Shown here: positions 1 through 12,234 of the stretch, in pieces | Layout of the letters: every line of letters starts with the position of its first letter | Numbering within the stretch: the stretch's first letter is position 1 | Assembly (NCBI GenBank): GCA_021613535.1 | Contig: CP075493.1 | Span: 16,244,001-16,308,000, forward strand | DNA length: 64,000 bases | Origin: Adineta vaga | Lineage: Eukaryota > Animalia > Rotifera | Reading direction: 5' to 3' | Notes under the pieces: generated by a model | What the model was told of the DNA's origin: nothing | The model's input: the letters and a program-made list of their open reading frames with translations, nothing else | Database searches by the model: none | Made by a program: the position numbers and the translations under genes

Positions 1-490
1 TCTTTAAGGATAATACACCTTCGACTTGTGGTATCATAGTATAAAGATCTGAAACATCGATTGTACATAATAAAGTCTCTTTTCTTAAATTGATGGTTGA
101 CCATTTTCTTAAATGTTGAACTAGATCAAAACCAGAAGTAACTGTTGTTTTGATAGCCATTTGATCAAATAAGGGTCGTAAGAGATTATCCAAATATTTT
201 GAGATCTTTATTGTGGGATGTTTTAAACCAGATACAATGGGTCGAAGAGGTGTTCCAAGTTTATGACCTTTTGGTAAATAATATAGATGAGCTAATTCAA
301 CTTCATCTGATTTAATACACAATTGCTCATATTGTTTTTGTGTAATGCATTTAGCCAGACGTAAATCAAATAAATATTTATTTGTTTGAATAATAAGGTT
401 TGGTAATGGATCTTCTATACCTAAACATTGATAAGCTTCTGTTCGGTCCATATAAGCATTGGATTCTTTTTCATAATGTTCGGTTGTTCC
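1..490 (-). mobile_element. Penelope-like (Athena-type) retroelement reverse transcriptase, 5'-truncated; runs off the left edge
   Basis: Hand translation of the minus strand is open from 490 to 1: GTTEHYEKESNAYMDRTEAYQCLGIEDPLP...ELAHLYYLPKGHKLGTPLRPIVSGLKHPTIKISKYLDNLLRPLFDQMA...LLCTIDVSDLYTMIPQVEG. LPK.HK...PLRPI and D...LYT.IP are PLE RT motifs. It is absent from the ORF track because it has no stop inside the window. The truncation point abuts TGAGGG/TGTGGG repeats. Confidence 0.9.
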
Positions 491-542
491 CTTGAGGGTG
501 TGGGTGTGGGTTAAGAGTATAGTCTGACTCACACCCACACCC
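491..542. repeat. Inverted telomere-repeat cassette, copy 1 (core TTAAGAGTATAGTCTGACTC)
   Basis: CTTGAGGGTGTGGGTGTGGG-TTAAGAGTATAGTCTGACTC-ACACCCACACCC; the reverse-complement core recurs at ~32055 and ~45255. Confidence 0.9.
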
Positions 543-1542
543 GCTTGAAAATATCCAATATTTCTTAATATCCATGATAAACCCGCTGAACCAATTGATG
601 AACCAATTAAAAATCCAGCACGCATAAAACCATTTAATTTTCCACGTTCTTTTTTTGATATTATTGTTATTGCTTGAGCATCAACACTTGCATCTTGAAT
701 TGAAGCAAATATTGAATGAATAAAAAATGCAATTACTAAAGTTTTTAACGATTTTGTAACAGGATTTTGAACAAATAATAAACCAAATGATGCAAATAAA
801 GCACAAATTTGAGAAAACATTATCCAAGGACGACGACGACCCATTGAAGATGATTGATAACGATCTTTTAGAAAAAAAAAGAATATTGCTTTTTTTAAAA
901 TAAATATTTTATCATAGCAATAAGTGGACCCTATACAAATTGAAGAATCTAATTAAATAAGAAAAGAAAAAACGAATTTGTTATTTTAAATTCAATTTCA
1001 AAATAAATACAAACCCATGGTAAACCAGATAATGATATAAATGTTCCAACTGTTGACGATTTTCCACCTTCAGCTAAACATTTCATATGAAGACAAATTT
1101 TCTTTTACTTTTTTTCAAACTTAATAAAATATCAATAACTAATAAAAACTCTTTCAGTAACGACGTTATAATATTTAATAGGATCATTTAGGTGACAGGG
1201 ATGGATCAAAAGACATTTATCGAAACCTATTGAAGGAAATACAACCTTCTTATTTCATTCTTATTGAGGAAAACATCCGCGAAGGAGCGGTGGTTGTCAA
1301 ACAGTTAGATTCGCCTCAGTTAGGTGGTACATCTTGCGCACTCATATTTAGGGAGATGCGGATCGGATCTAATAAAACGTGGATTTGCAAGTTTCTACTC
1401 GTATTAAATTAGTTGAGAAGTTTAATAAAAGAAAAATAAATATCTGTTAAATAATTTGCAAGTGCTGTTGAAGAAAATCCTGCAGGAATTCCTTGCATAA
1501 TATATAAATAAAAAAATGTGAAATAACGTAATGATTGATTTT
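543..1542 (-). pseudogene. AmpG-like MFS transporter of bacterial type, with introns, decayed and 3'-truncated
   Basis: Exons read ENQSLRYFTFFYLYIMQGIPAGFSSTALANYLT (~1542-1445), AEGGKSSTVGTFISLSGLPW (~1073-1015), ILQFV*GPLI (TAG at 931-933 where Trp is expected) and DRYQSSSMGRRRPWIMFSQ...FASIQDASVDAQAITIISKKERGKLNGFMRAG (~865-543). Two donor sites are non-GT. The gene ends abruptly at the telomeric cassette. Confidence 0.8.
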
Positions 1543-1550
1543 CTGTTAAA

Positions 1551-1955
1551 TTAAAAAAATAGTTTTGTTTTTTTCAATGAAATTAAATTATTAAAATGAG
1601 AATATTTTATTCTATAATTATCATTCAATGAATAACGATAAATCAAATTTGATAATGTTATTAATAAATATTCATTAGATAATAATTCAATTGATTTCCA
1701 TTGATTTTCAAATGAATTTTGTAAATATAAAAATTGTGATGAATTATTTAATGTTATTGTTGTTTCATTAAATTCAAATGAATTTTTATTGGATAATTTA
1801 AAAAATTGTTTAAGAAAAATTTGAAAAGATTTTTCATCATCAATTTGACCATAATTTGTTAAACGTTTTATATGAAAATAACCCAACGATTTTGCTAAAT
1901 TAATTTGTTCATTCGAATTTTCTTTATCTAAATCAATAATTGGTTGACTTGACAT
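1551..1955 (-). CDS. 134-aa ORF resembling a degenerate 2OG-Fe(II) oxygenase N-terminal region; may be the 5' exon of the MFS gene
   Basis: PIIDL...GYFHI resembles DIOX_N and LYLQ....QW resembles the later 2OG-Fe(II) strands. No HxD motif. It lies directly upstream of the MFS exon acceptor. Confidence 0.35.
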   Translation of the reverse strand: MSSQPIIDLDKENSNEQINLAKSLGYFHIKRLTNYGQIDDEKSFQIFLKQFFKLSNKNSFEFNETTITLNNSSQFLYLQNSFENQWKSIELLSNEYLLITLSNLIYRYSLNDNYRIKYSHFNNLISLKKTKLFF

Positions 1956-2116
1956 TGTTTTTAATGTTCTAAATAAAACAGAAAATCTATTTAAATATTA
2001 CTTTTCTAAACATTTTATCACATCTTTATATAAATATTAATAAACGATAATAGAATATACTCTTTAATACTCAAATAATGTTTTATGTAATCGTCTTATG
2101 TTATTTAATGTAAATA

Positions 2117-3078
2117 ACGGGTGTCACAAAATGAATGATCCTCTCAGTATTTTGGTCATAACTTTTTTTCTTTTCGATGTTTTGAGCTGCTTGTTTCACC
2201 GAAAGATGCGCCTTGAAATTCTCCACAAAATCATAATTGAACTCACTTTTATAAAATTTTAGGAAAAGCCATCAAATGAAAAATATTGCAAACATAAAAT
2301 ATATCTAACTTTCAAAGCCAATAACTGTTTCACAAACGATAAGTAATGTTATCTATACGTTTTTTTACGAATAAATTATTCTAAAAGATGCAGCATGAAA
2401 AGTTCTACAAGATTCATCATTAAATTTAGTTTATGCATGTACTTTTTATTTTCAAAACGATGTACAACTATTTTTCGAGTTGACAAGAAGGATCACTTTA
2501 TATACACATTCGAAATTCGTTATTCTTATTTCCTTTTTATTATACCTAATATCTTCTAAGCCAGTAAATCGGAATATATCACAAGATGCGCAATCAAAAG
2601 CTCTACAATTTGTATTACAAGTCATTCTATACGAACACATCAATTTGTTTTAAAATATCCAAAAACCTATGTGACAAAAGCATGATCATTCTTGTAAACT
2701 CGAAAATCAACTGTGCATTATTTTGAAAATAAAAAGTATATGTATAAACTAAATTTAATGATGGATCTTATAGAGCTTTTCACGCTGCATCGTATGATAT
2801 AATGTTAATGAGAGTATATATGCTCGATGATTAAAAATAACATATAAAAAACTAGTCATTCACATGACGTGTTCTCCTTTTGAAAGTTAGATATATTTTA
2901 TGTTTGCAATATTTTTCATTTGATGGTTTTTCCTAAAATTTTATAAAAGTGAGTTCAATTATGATTTTGTAGAGAATTTCAAGGCGCATCTTTCGGTGAA
3001 ACAAGCAGCTCTAAACATCGAAAAGAAAAAAAGTTATGACCAAAATACTGAGAGGATCATTCATTTTGTGACACCCGT
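2117..3078. mobile_element. Non-autonomous Tc1/mariner-type foldback element
   Basis: About 200-bp near-perfect TIRs (ACGGGTGTCACAAAATGAATGATCCTC... / ...GAGGATCATTCATTTTGTGACACCCGT), TA on both flanks, and a second internal inverted pair at ~2385-2458 / ~2720-2790. Confidence 0.88.
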
Positions 3079-4009
3079 TAGAATGACAGAAAAGGAAAAG
3101 AAAATATTATATTATTTATTTTATATATAACAACTATATTCGAAGAAGGTTTTTTCTTTCTTTCGTTCTGTTGAATCGAGCGACTTATGGATATTTCATT
3201 TTCGATGCATTGACTAAAGAATATCAGCGAGAGAGAACGAAAATTTTTCTTTTTCTTTCTGAATAAACAAGTTATGTATACTGTACTGATTAAACTATTG
3301 CCTCGAAATACATTGTAGTTTACACAGTTTGTCTATATAAATAAAGAATGTTAAAAGGAATAAAAGAAATTTATTCTTTTTAATTCAATTGTTTTTGAAT
3401 AAAATAAATCTATTAGAAGTTAAGTTCTGGAAAAAAGTTTACAAAAATATGGTTTCTAGATATTTTTGAAAATTGATAAATGTTATATTTATTTTTTTTA
3501 AAAGATCATTGAAACAAATGAAATATTTAAAGGTTAATAAATATATTATTATCATATTATACAATAGAGTAATGAACAATATTTTATTCACAAATACTCT
3601 TTCTCTCTTCATAACACAATCATTGTCTGACTATAAAAACTCAAGTATACAAAAGAAAATCTAGCATCTAACTGATCAACGATGTCTGTTGCATACTTAA
3701 AAATCTTTTAATTTTTTTTATATGATTCTCCTTCCGATTAATAACAAAACAAGAGTATCTGTCCTAAAAGATAGAAATATGTATATCTGATTACTTGAAT
3801 TCTGAAAGTTACAATATATTTGTTAAAAAGATCAAACGTCTTCGATTATCATTAATTTAAGAGAGTAATCTCGAATGCAACAGAATTCGTTTCAATATGT
3901 TCAATTTCACCTGGATCGAAATCGATAATATAGGAAAAATTTAATACTATACTTAGTCCATATAACTGATCAGACAGTTTTCGTTACGAATGAAAAAAGA
4001 CCAATATGT

Positions 4010-4690
4010 TCATTCAAAATCAATAGATAATGTTTATGATGCTGCGCTTCAACATTCGCTAGTCAACTAGCATGGTCTTGTTGTGCAATCTATAGCTGTA
4101 ATAGAAGTCGAACAAGCACTTCCTGATGAAGTTATTTCCGAGATACTAGTAGTGCATTGCCATATTCGTCATACTATTCCACTATGTCGACCATTAAGTG
4201 AAGTGTTAAATCGTAAAGCATTTACTAGAGCAGTTACGGTAATACCAGATGGATCAATCGAACCATATATATGCATTTTGAAATAAGACGTACAGTTCAA
4301 ACTAGTGGTGAATTCTTGCTATGCTGTATATGCAGATGCTTGATGAACACCAATAGGAAAACTTACGTAATTTTTGAGTATCTGAAAGATGAAAAAAAGA
4401 ATTATTACTACAATTGGAATGATAATAGCTGCTAATACCAATAGACCCAAAAGAATAAATAATTGAATACAAACACATCGTGATATACTGTATCTAATAC
4501 CATTTCATCGATTTATTTGGAATAGATTTGTAACTCACTAACCTCGAACAAAATTTCGATGAAGTAGATGGAATAGTATTGCTGTTGTATGGCTATGTTA
4601 ATTTGGGATATTGAGAATTAGTTTGTAAAGATGATGATGGATCAACTCTTTCGTTAGATTTTTGTTCTTTGGTTTCATCATATTGATTTA
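4010..4690 (-). pseudogene. Pseudogene of a single-pass membrane protein with a Cys-rich extracellular domain
   Basis: TM exon FILLGLLVLAAIIIPIVVII followed by an exon reading ...YGSIDPSGIT.VTALVNALRFN...EITSSGSACST...RPC...TLSIDFE, with several in-frame stops. GT-AG introns are still visible. Confidence 0.55.
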
Positions 4691-5332
4691 TATTTTGATT
4701 GAAATAATAATTATGAACTATACTGAAACATAAATCTTTACGAGTAAAAAAACATCTATAACTGAGTAGTTTCGAGTAAAAGAATTCATATTGTTGGATT
4801 GCTTATTTCAAATCCTGTTGAAACGCAAGAATATTAGTGAAGAGTTGATGATGTTTATCTTTTACAAAAGCCAGAGAATAGTCATCTTGATGATGTGGGA
4901 TGAGGCGAAGAAGAGATATCTACCTCACCCAAAAAAAATTACAAATAAAAAGGTTAATTCTACTTGGTAATTGCATCACAATCATTGTCGACTATTGTTT
5001 GCAATCGTTTTGGATATTCAGCGATGTGACTTTTCGCTATATTTATCTGATTTCCATACTTATTGTAAGTATGTTTATTCATTAATTAGATTCTAAATTT
5101 GTAGATTTCGATATTCAAATGATTTAAGATAAACTAATAATAATTGATTAATTCAAAATGTTTGTTATTTGTAAATCAAAGCTGAAGGAAAAATCCGAAT
5201 AAATAGGAAAAAAGAGAAACGACACGAAAAAGCCCTAGAAAAAAAGAGAATAGAAATAGAACAATATATAGACATATTCAGAGCCTCTTTCAATCATTTG
5301 TCGGTAGTGTGAACCACGGCAACAATAGTATG

Positions 5333-5902
5333 TTACATCTTCCATTCTTCCAACATAAATGAAGTCGGTTCTTTCAGCACCATACAAATAGTTAACATAT
5401 TGAATCTATTGTTCTCTTTAAGTTTAATCACGAAACGCACACTGCTTCGCAGAACCTCATAATTCTTCCCATTGCAATGATGTTTTGCATCGCAATAAAT
5501 GACTAAAATTAATACAAAACCCTCAGCAATACTCAATAGAATAACAACTGTGAGCAGGATTTTCGATGTATCACAGTCATCGTTGCTGTTCATGACGACT
5601 CGTTTAATCATTACTGAACCCATCGTTATCAACAATGGAATACAAACTACAAGAAGGTACAACCATCGACGACGATCTTGAATTTTGCTTCTTTCAATAA
5701 TATTCTTCACAATTTCTGTTTCAGATAAAATACGATTGCAACTAAGACCAAAATGAGCATTCGTGTTAGTTGTAATATTTTCTTGTTGTGATTTTTTTTC
5801 GGGTGTATTGCTCGATGGATTAACTTCAGATGTCTGATCTACAACCGCCTCGGTCAGTTTATCAAGCTTGGACAATGATGTTTCAGTTATTTGTACGTCC
5901 AT
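5333..5902 (-). CDS. Hypothetical 189-aa protein with two predicted TM helices
   Basis: Intronless ORF with hydrophobic segments WLYLLVVCIPLLITMGSVMI and ILLTVVILLSIAEGFVLILVIYC. No family recognised. Confidence 0.55.
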   Translation of the reverse strand: MDVQITETSLSKLDKLTEAVVDQTSEVNPSSNTPEKKSQQENITTNTNAHFGLSCNRILSETEIVKNIIERSKIQDRRRWLYLLVVCIPLLITMGSVMIKRVVMNSNDDCDTSKILLTVVILLSIAEGFVLILVIYCDAKHHCNGKNYEVLRSSVRFVIKLKENNRFNMLTICMVLKEPTSFMLEEWKM

Positions 5903-6853
5903 ATCGTAGTTATAAAAGAAAAAAGATAAGAACGAGCGACGATAATTGTTATGTTATGTTAAAGTTTCACAACAATGATCAAGATTTTAAAAAAACTGCA
6001 TACATTCTCTCGGCATACTATTTTATCTTGCGATAATGATTTTTTCAAAATCATAACTTCTTTGAAAGAAACATTATCAATAATCTTTCAACACAATCAC
6101 CGATGGTTTTCTAAACAACATTAATAATACAATTCTCTTGTATATCATCAAACATCGTTTTATTGACAATAATAAAATCATCATTAACAATGGATTCGTC
6201 CTTGATTTGTTAATTTAACCAATTACAACGTATACCGTTTGAAAGACATGACAATGTTTTCATTATTACCAGTTTCTCATTGAACCTGTGAAAGATGAAG
6301 ACAACTTTTGGTCTACAGTTCAAGATCTCCAGCACACTGAAACATTAGTTTCTGAGTCTTTAAGATAGCAATCTACTATAAGTTTGAAAGCATCTTGAGA
6401 ATGTATGTACGAGTGAAATAGTCTAATCATTACACCCGTAACCTTATTCATAGTACGTCGACATCCATCTGAGAAATTCCTTTTTGACTTTCGACTTTTA
6501 GCCCAACGGCAAGCAAAACACTCTTTTATTTCATATGACTCTCCTTTTAGTCGAAAGAACAAGAGAAAAGAATTGAAACAAAGATTACATTGATAGGAAT
6601 ATCTCGTTTTATTGAACAATCTATTCAAAATAGTTGACAAGCAAGCCAGACCAAACAATTACACAATAAGCTCTTTGAAAACTCTTATCATTGTTGTTTA
6701 ATTGGCAAAAGCTAACAAGCAAATCAATTAAATTAAAACTGTACACATGGAAAAGCGATGAGAGAAGGTCAAAAAAGACAAGATTATCGTAAAGCGCGGA
6801 AAACGATAATATAGACAATAGAAAAAAGAACTTGATGAATCTCAGTCAAAGTA

Positions 6854-9800
6854 TTACAATTCCTGTGGATTATTAAAATTAACAGAGCCGGCGCCTATGC
6901 TTACGATCGAAAATGATCCTACTACATTTTGCTGGTATGTTGTGATAACCAGAATATACTTTATGGCAGTCTGAAGAAGAACTGTGAACATAAACTGTTT
7001 ACTACCACCGCTATTATCATCTGCTGCAAATCGATTTAAGCTTGGAGATGTGGAATTGAATGTATTATTGTATATGTATCCATATGTATCCAAAGTGCTA
7101 GAACTTAAAAACATATATGTTCCATTTGTAGAAATGTTAAGTTGAATGGCTTGATAAAAGTATGTTGATGTTGGGCAAGTATCTCTATGGCAAAACCACG
7201 GACTATTCATAGTTAAAGCTGATGAATAGATTGATTCCACTTTGAATGAATTAGCTAGTTACATAAAATGAAATAAAAGGTAATTATTACAAAGTCAGAA
7301 ACAAAAATATCAAATTTTTTTAAGATTCTGTCACTTAAAATGAAAAACTCTAAGAACAATTGCAAGTAATAACAATAGTGTTCATATTAAATAAATAGAA
7401 ATGATCATATCTGAGCTGGATCTCAAACAATAGCATTTGGATTTCGAGGAATCAGAAAATATTAAATTCATTATCGTACCCAAAGCATATGAAAACATAA
7501 CTTAAATTAATTAAAAGACTCTAAAAACGATCAAAAATATCTTCAAACCCATCTGAACTGTTGAAAATTCTATCAACTTTGCGGCTTGAGCACTTACTTG
7601 TTGTATTAACTTGAACAAAACTAATCATACTTTCACCAAATCCAGAAACCGAGAACACTCCTGTTATTTGCCAGTAGAGTGTTGTTACAACTAAAATATA
7701 CTTGGTCTTAGCTTGAAGAACAATTTTCAACATGAATTGGCTATTCCCACCAGAGTTATCATCCGATAACAGTAGATTTCGATCTGTATCTGCAGTATTA
7801 AAAGTGCTATTGTATATGTAGCCAAATGTATCCATGTTACTATTGCAGAGAATAATATAACTTCCTGTCGTTGATATACTGATTTCGATGGCTTGATAAT
7901 AAAAGGTTGGTGACGCAGCACCCGGCCGAGTAAATAACTGACTATATATCGTCAAAGATGATAAATAATTCGACTGGAACATTGAATTGCCTATTGAGAA
8001 AAAACAAAATCTTTACTTTTGATAGCTTAATTATAGAAAAAGTTTAAGGACAGAATTTAGATTTTGAGGATTTTTTTATGCGACTAAAAGTAATACTTGA
8101 ATGCAAACGGAAAACTGTTCAATTGGTATTGGCGATGATTGTAAAAAATATTTTATATTGAAAAATCTATCACCCTTCGTACAACTACAAAAGATCCTTT
8201 TTCGATAAGTATTCTGTTTAAACAAAAAAAAAGATTCTCTTGTATCTTGGAGGACATGGTATCTTGAATTTGACTTAATATAATGCTTACCTGGTGAAAA
8301 ACTGATTGAATCAGGACCGTGTCCAATGAGTGAAAAACTTTGTGTAACGATTTGTTCATATGTTGTTACAACTAAAATATATTTCATCATAGCTTGAAGA
8401 ACAGTTGCAAGCATGAATTGGCTATTGCCACCAGAGTTATCATTCGATACCAGCAGATTTTGATCTGCATCTACAGCATTGAAGGTATTATTGTATATGT
8501 AGCCATATGTGTCCATGGTACTATTGCACAGTATAAGATAGATTCCTGTTGTTGACACACTGATTTCAATAGCTTGATAATATAATGGTGACATGTAGTT
8601 TTGAGAAAGAAAATAAAATAGAGTATTCATAGTTAAAGCAGATGACCAATCCGATTGAACTCCCATATTTGATGAATTGACTAAGCAGTGGAAAACAAAA
8701 ATATTATTTCCACGAATTTAAATAAAGAAAAATGGCAGATGAAAAATCCCGTTTTTTGTTTTCTGACATGTTTATATTTGTAAGAGTGCTCAGTACCTAT
8801 CGATTTATACGTAATACTCTATTGGATAAGATGAAAGCGAGTACTTATGAAATATAAGAGTTTCAGAAGTAGATACAATATTGATAAAGAAATTTGCTGT
8901 CCGTAATATTAAGAACTGAGTTTAAGTTTAGAACTATCGCTTACATGTTCAGAGGATGTGAGCATCAAACGTTAATTGGTGTGGACATAGGCAAAAGAGA
9001 CACTCAGAAGCTTAAGAAATAACGGCCAAGTATTCTTTATAGACTATGATAGACATTCTGATTGAGAGGAAGGACTGAAAAGGATAATTACACAAGTGAA
9101 ACCATCCTAGAAAACAGCAATATATTATTAATATTCATTTATCTAGGAATGATATAAAATCCAGACTATATCAACGTTGGTCTACTCAATCTCCTTTCCT
9201 CTTATTGACTACGGAGTTTAGATAGTGTTTCATACTGGATCTAGCAGAGCCTACAGAGCATGTATTCAGTTAGTACTCGTTACATTAATTCTGACTCAGC
9301 TAAAGAGAAGCTCACTGTTCTAATGATGATGTTCTATTCCATCGCAGTGTTCAGTTCCCATATTGTCCTAACGTAGGAACTGCCCGTGGTGATTAACGAC
9401 TTTATAATTCATACTTTGAAGACATAGAGGAAGCCTCTAGACTGTAACAAACTTATAGGGATTTGTGCTCACGATCTTTGTTTTCTGAGATATTGAATAC
9501 TCAAGTTATAAAACGGTATAATAATTTTGCCTTATATCACAACTACCGAACAAACGAGAAAATGACAAATGTGAATAGTTTTACGCTAGAATAATCACTC
9601 TAATAGCAAATATGTCTCATCTTTTGAAATTCTTTCCATATCCTTGGCATTCACATAAAAATTTTTATCACAAACGTAAAAACCATACAGACACCAGTTT
9701 GATACGAGAGAGAAAAACGCAAGAGGAGAAAATGTTACTTCAATACTCCAAAAATATTCAGGAGTACGGTGGAGTGTAAATAGAGTATTGGAGTACAGCC

Positions 9801-12234
9801 TTTTCCCCCTTGATCATAAGTAACGACAGGAGACTCTGTCATATCGAAGAATGTCGATTCATATTAATTTATTATAACTCAGCTGTCTTCGTTAATAGAA
9901 TTTGGTTAGTTATATCAACTACAGTCTATGACGCCTTTACTATCTTTGATAGTTAAATCGAGAAGTTGAATTTAAGCATTTAACTGTTCCGTAAAATATT
10001 TCAAATGTTGCGGAGAGTGATGATAACAAGAACTGCGCAAGTACGTTATATGGGTATTTTAGACTAGGGATGCGCAGTTTCAGTAAACCATTTCCATATA
10101 AGTCATTCAATCGTCCACCAGAGTACTAACTACAATGATACCGATGATAACGACTCTGTCAAAACATACACGTTTTGTTAGTTGATTCACAGTCAACAAT
10201 TAAAAAAGAGAAACGAGCATACTCCATGGAAGAGTACGATTTAACTAACAAAAAGTACATATTTTAATAGAGTCGATGTGACAGTTTACCACTATTTGCA
10301 TTGACACTGCACACTCCTAGTTTCAAAGGAAACAGGTATACAACTGAATAGCTGAATTCAACTTTTGAGCTTGACACTATCGTAGCATCACCATTTATCA
10401 TATCTACGGTGACAGAGAAGGACGTAAACTTCTATCCCTAAAACTTCAACACTTCTTTTATTAGTTTATGTTTCATAAAATAACTTTTGTGTCACAATGA
10501 TAAATGTGTATCAAATCGATATATGACTATATCTTCATTCTATCGGACAAGAATTCTCTCATAGTGTCAGTTTGTATTTTATAGCTTTTACTTACTTGTT
10601 GAGAAGTTAATCATTGATGGTCCCAGTCCGTTGATTGAAAACTCTCCTAATGTACTTGGCGTATAGGTCGTTACAAATAAAACATACTTTGTCGTTGCTT
10701 GAAGAACAACTGCGAGTATAAATTGTTTATTACTACCGGCGCCGTCATCGTCAAATGACATTAAATTTTGATTTGGAAATGAAATATTAAAACTGTTGTT
10801 ATATATAAAGCCCTGTGTATCCATGGTGCTGTCGGATGAGATAGTATATATTCCTGCTACCGCTACGTTGATTTTAATAGCTTCATAGAAAAATCCTGCG
10901 GCAAACCAGCGACTTTCAGGACGACTATATGTTGAGCCAGATATTGTCAGAGCAGACGAGTAATTTGATTTCACTGTCAATGAAGTGGCTATTTCAGAAA
11001 AAGAAAATGATGAGGGTGAGGCTGTGAAATAAGGAGAAAGCAGAAGAGACGATTTTTATCGGTTATTGGCAATCTTCTTCACGCCCTTATCCACCCTCTT
11101 GCTCTTAAAGCTGTTTAGTTCCTGCATCAATGAAGGTAAAGTGTTGTGAGATTAAATTTTCTTAAAAATTCTTCCTATCAACTAATCAGATTCCACGAAG
11201 ACGTTTCTCTACTGTTTTCAGCACCAATCATAATTAACGATTACATTAATTCAGAGATTATCTATTATTCTCTTTTTGAACTCTTCGAGCAACTATAAGA
11301 GTATGCATGTTTTGTATTAGTTGTAGTCGGAAAAAGCGTTCAAAATGATCTTCATTTAGAAGTTAGATACATCAAAAGCATTTTCGATAAAAACTTTCGG
11401 AATATGTTCTTTTGACAATGTCTTTAGTGATAACTGATAATATTTTGTTAAGAATATTTTTCGTATTGATCTTGAATAGAGTATTAACTTATTCATTGAA
11501 CATAATACATGTTAGTAAAGCTAACTAGCACGAATACATAATGTGCTATAGTTATATGAATGAACTCAGTTATATGTTATACCTGTACTTGTCGAAGTAA
11601 TAGGAGTCGTATCAATTGCAATGCTGTTTGAGTTACCTGTGAATAAAAAACTATGAAATAAATATCATGTATATTATTCACGTGTAAATAATAGAAGAAT
11701 GCAAGAGTCTTTAAATTGCATAATATTACAGTTACTACAGGCTTTACATTGATGATCTTGTTGGTGTTCTTCAATTAGATAGACATGTGACACAATCTAC
11801 TATATACGACAAATGTGAATGAGGGATGAATATAGCATCAAATGATTAAACTATTAAAAAAGAATATTATTATCAATGTTTTATTGGTTGCAGATGTACA
11901 ATAGCAGATTTTGTCGCAAACGTAACGCATGTAAGGATTTATATATTCGAAGTTTCAAAGAATGTTTTAACAATCTTCGTATTCGCTGAGCCTGATAAAA
12001 TTTCAGAATTCTGCATCAATCTCTCGCATAGTTTTTGACAACTATTGGAATGAATCCTTCTTTCGAAAAGACTTCTTCCTATTTTCGATGTTTTCGAAAA
12101 AATAACTAAGAAGACATACCTGATGATGAAGTTTTTTCTTTGATTTTTTGAGTTACATAAATGAATGAAAAAATCAAGATCACTAACATCAACATTGACA
12201 TTGTTATTTCAATGATAGCTTGGGCTACACGCAT
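6854..12234 (-). CDS. Type II membrane protein: TM, Ser/Thr stalk and four tandem PPC/DVUA0089-like beta domains
   Basis: Six exons with GT-AG and phase-1 junctions: 12234-12120 (TM), 11636-11583 (stalk), 10988-10596, 8680-8291, 7990-7598, 7254-6854. Each of the last four encodes YSS.LT...YYQAI.I....G.Y....S.MDTYGYIYN..F......L..DD.SGG..QF.....LQ...KYILVVTT. Confidence 0.85.
9720..9812. mobile_element. Short foldback MITE (intronic)
   Basis: CAAGAGGAGAAAATGTTACTTCAATACTC pairs imperfectly with GAGTATTGGAGTACAGCCTTTTCCCCCTTG. Confidence 0.5.
10064..10320. mobile_element. Degenerate hAT-like MITE (intronic)
   Basis: CTAGGGATGCGCAGTTTCAGT pairs imperfectly with ATTGACACTGCACACTCCTAG. No clear TSD. 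Confidence 0.35.
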
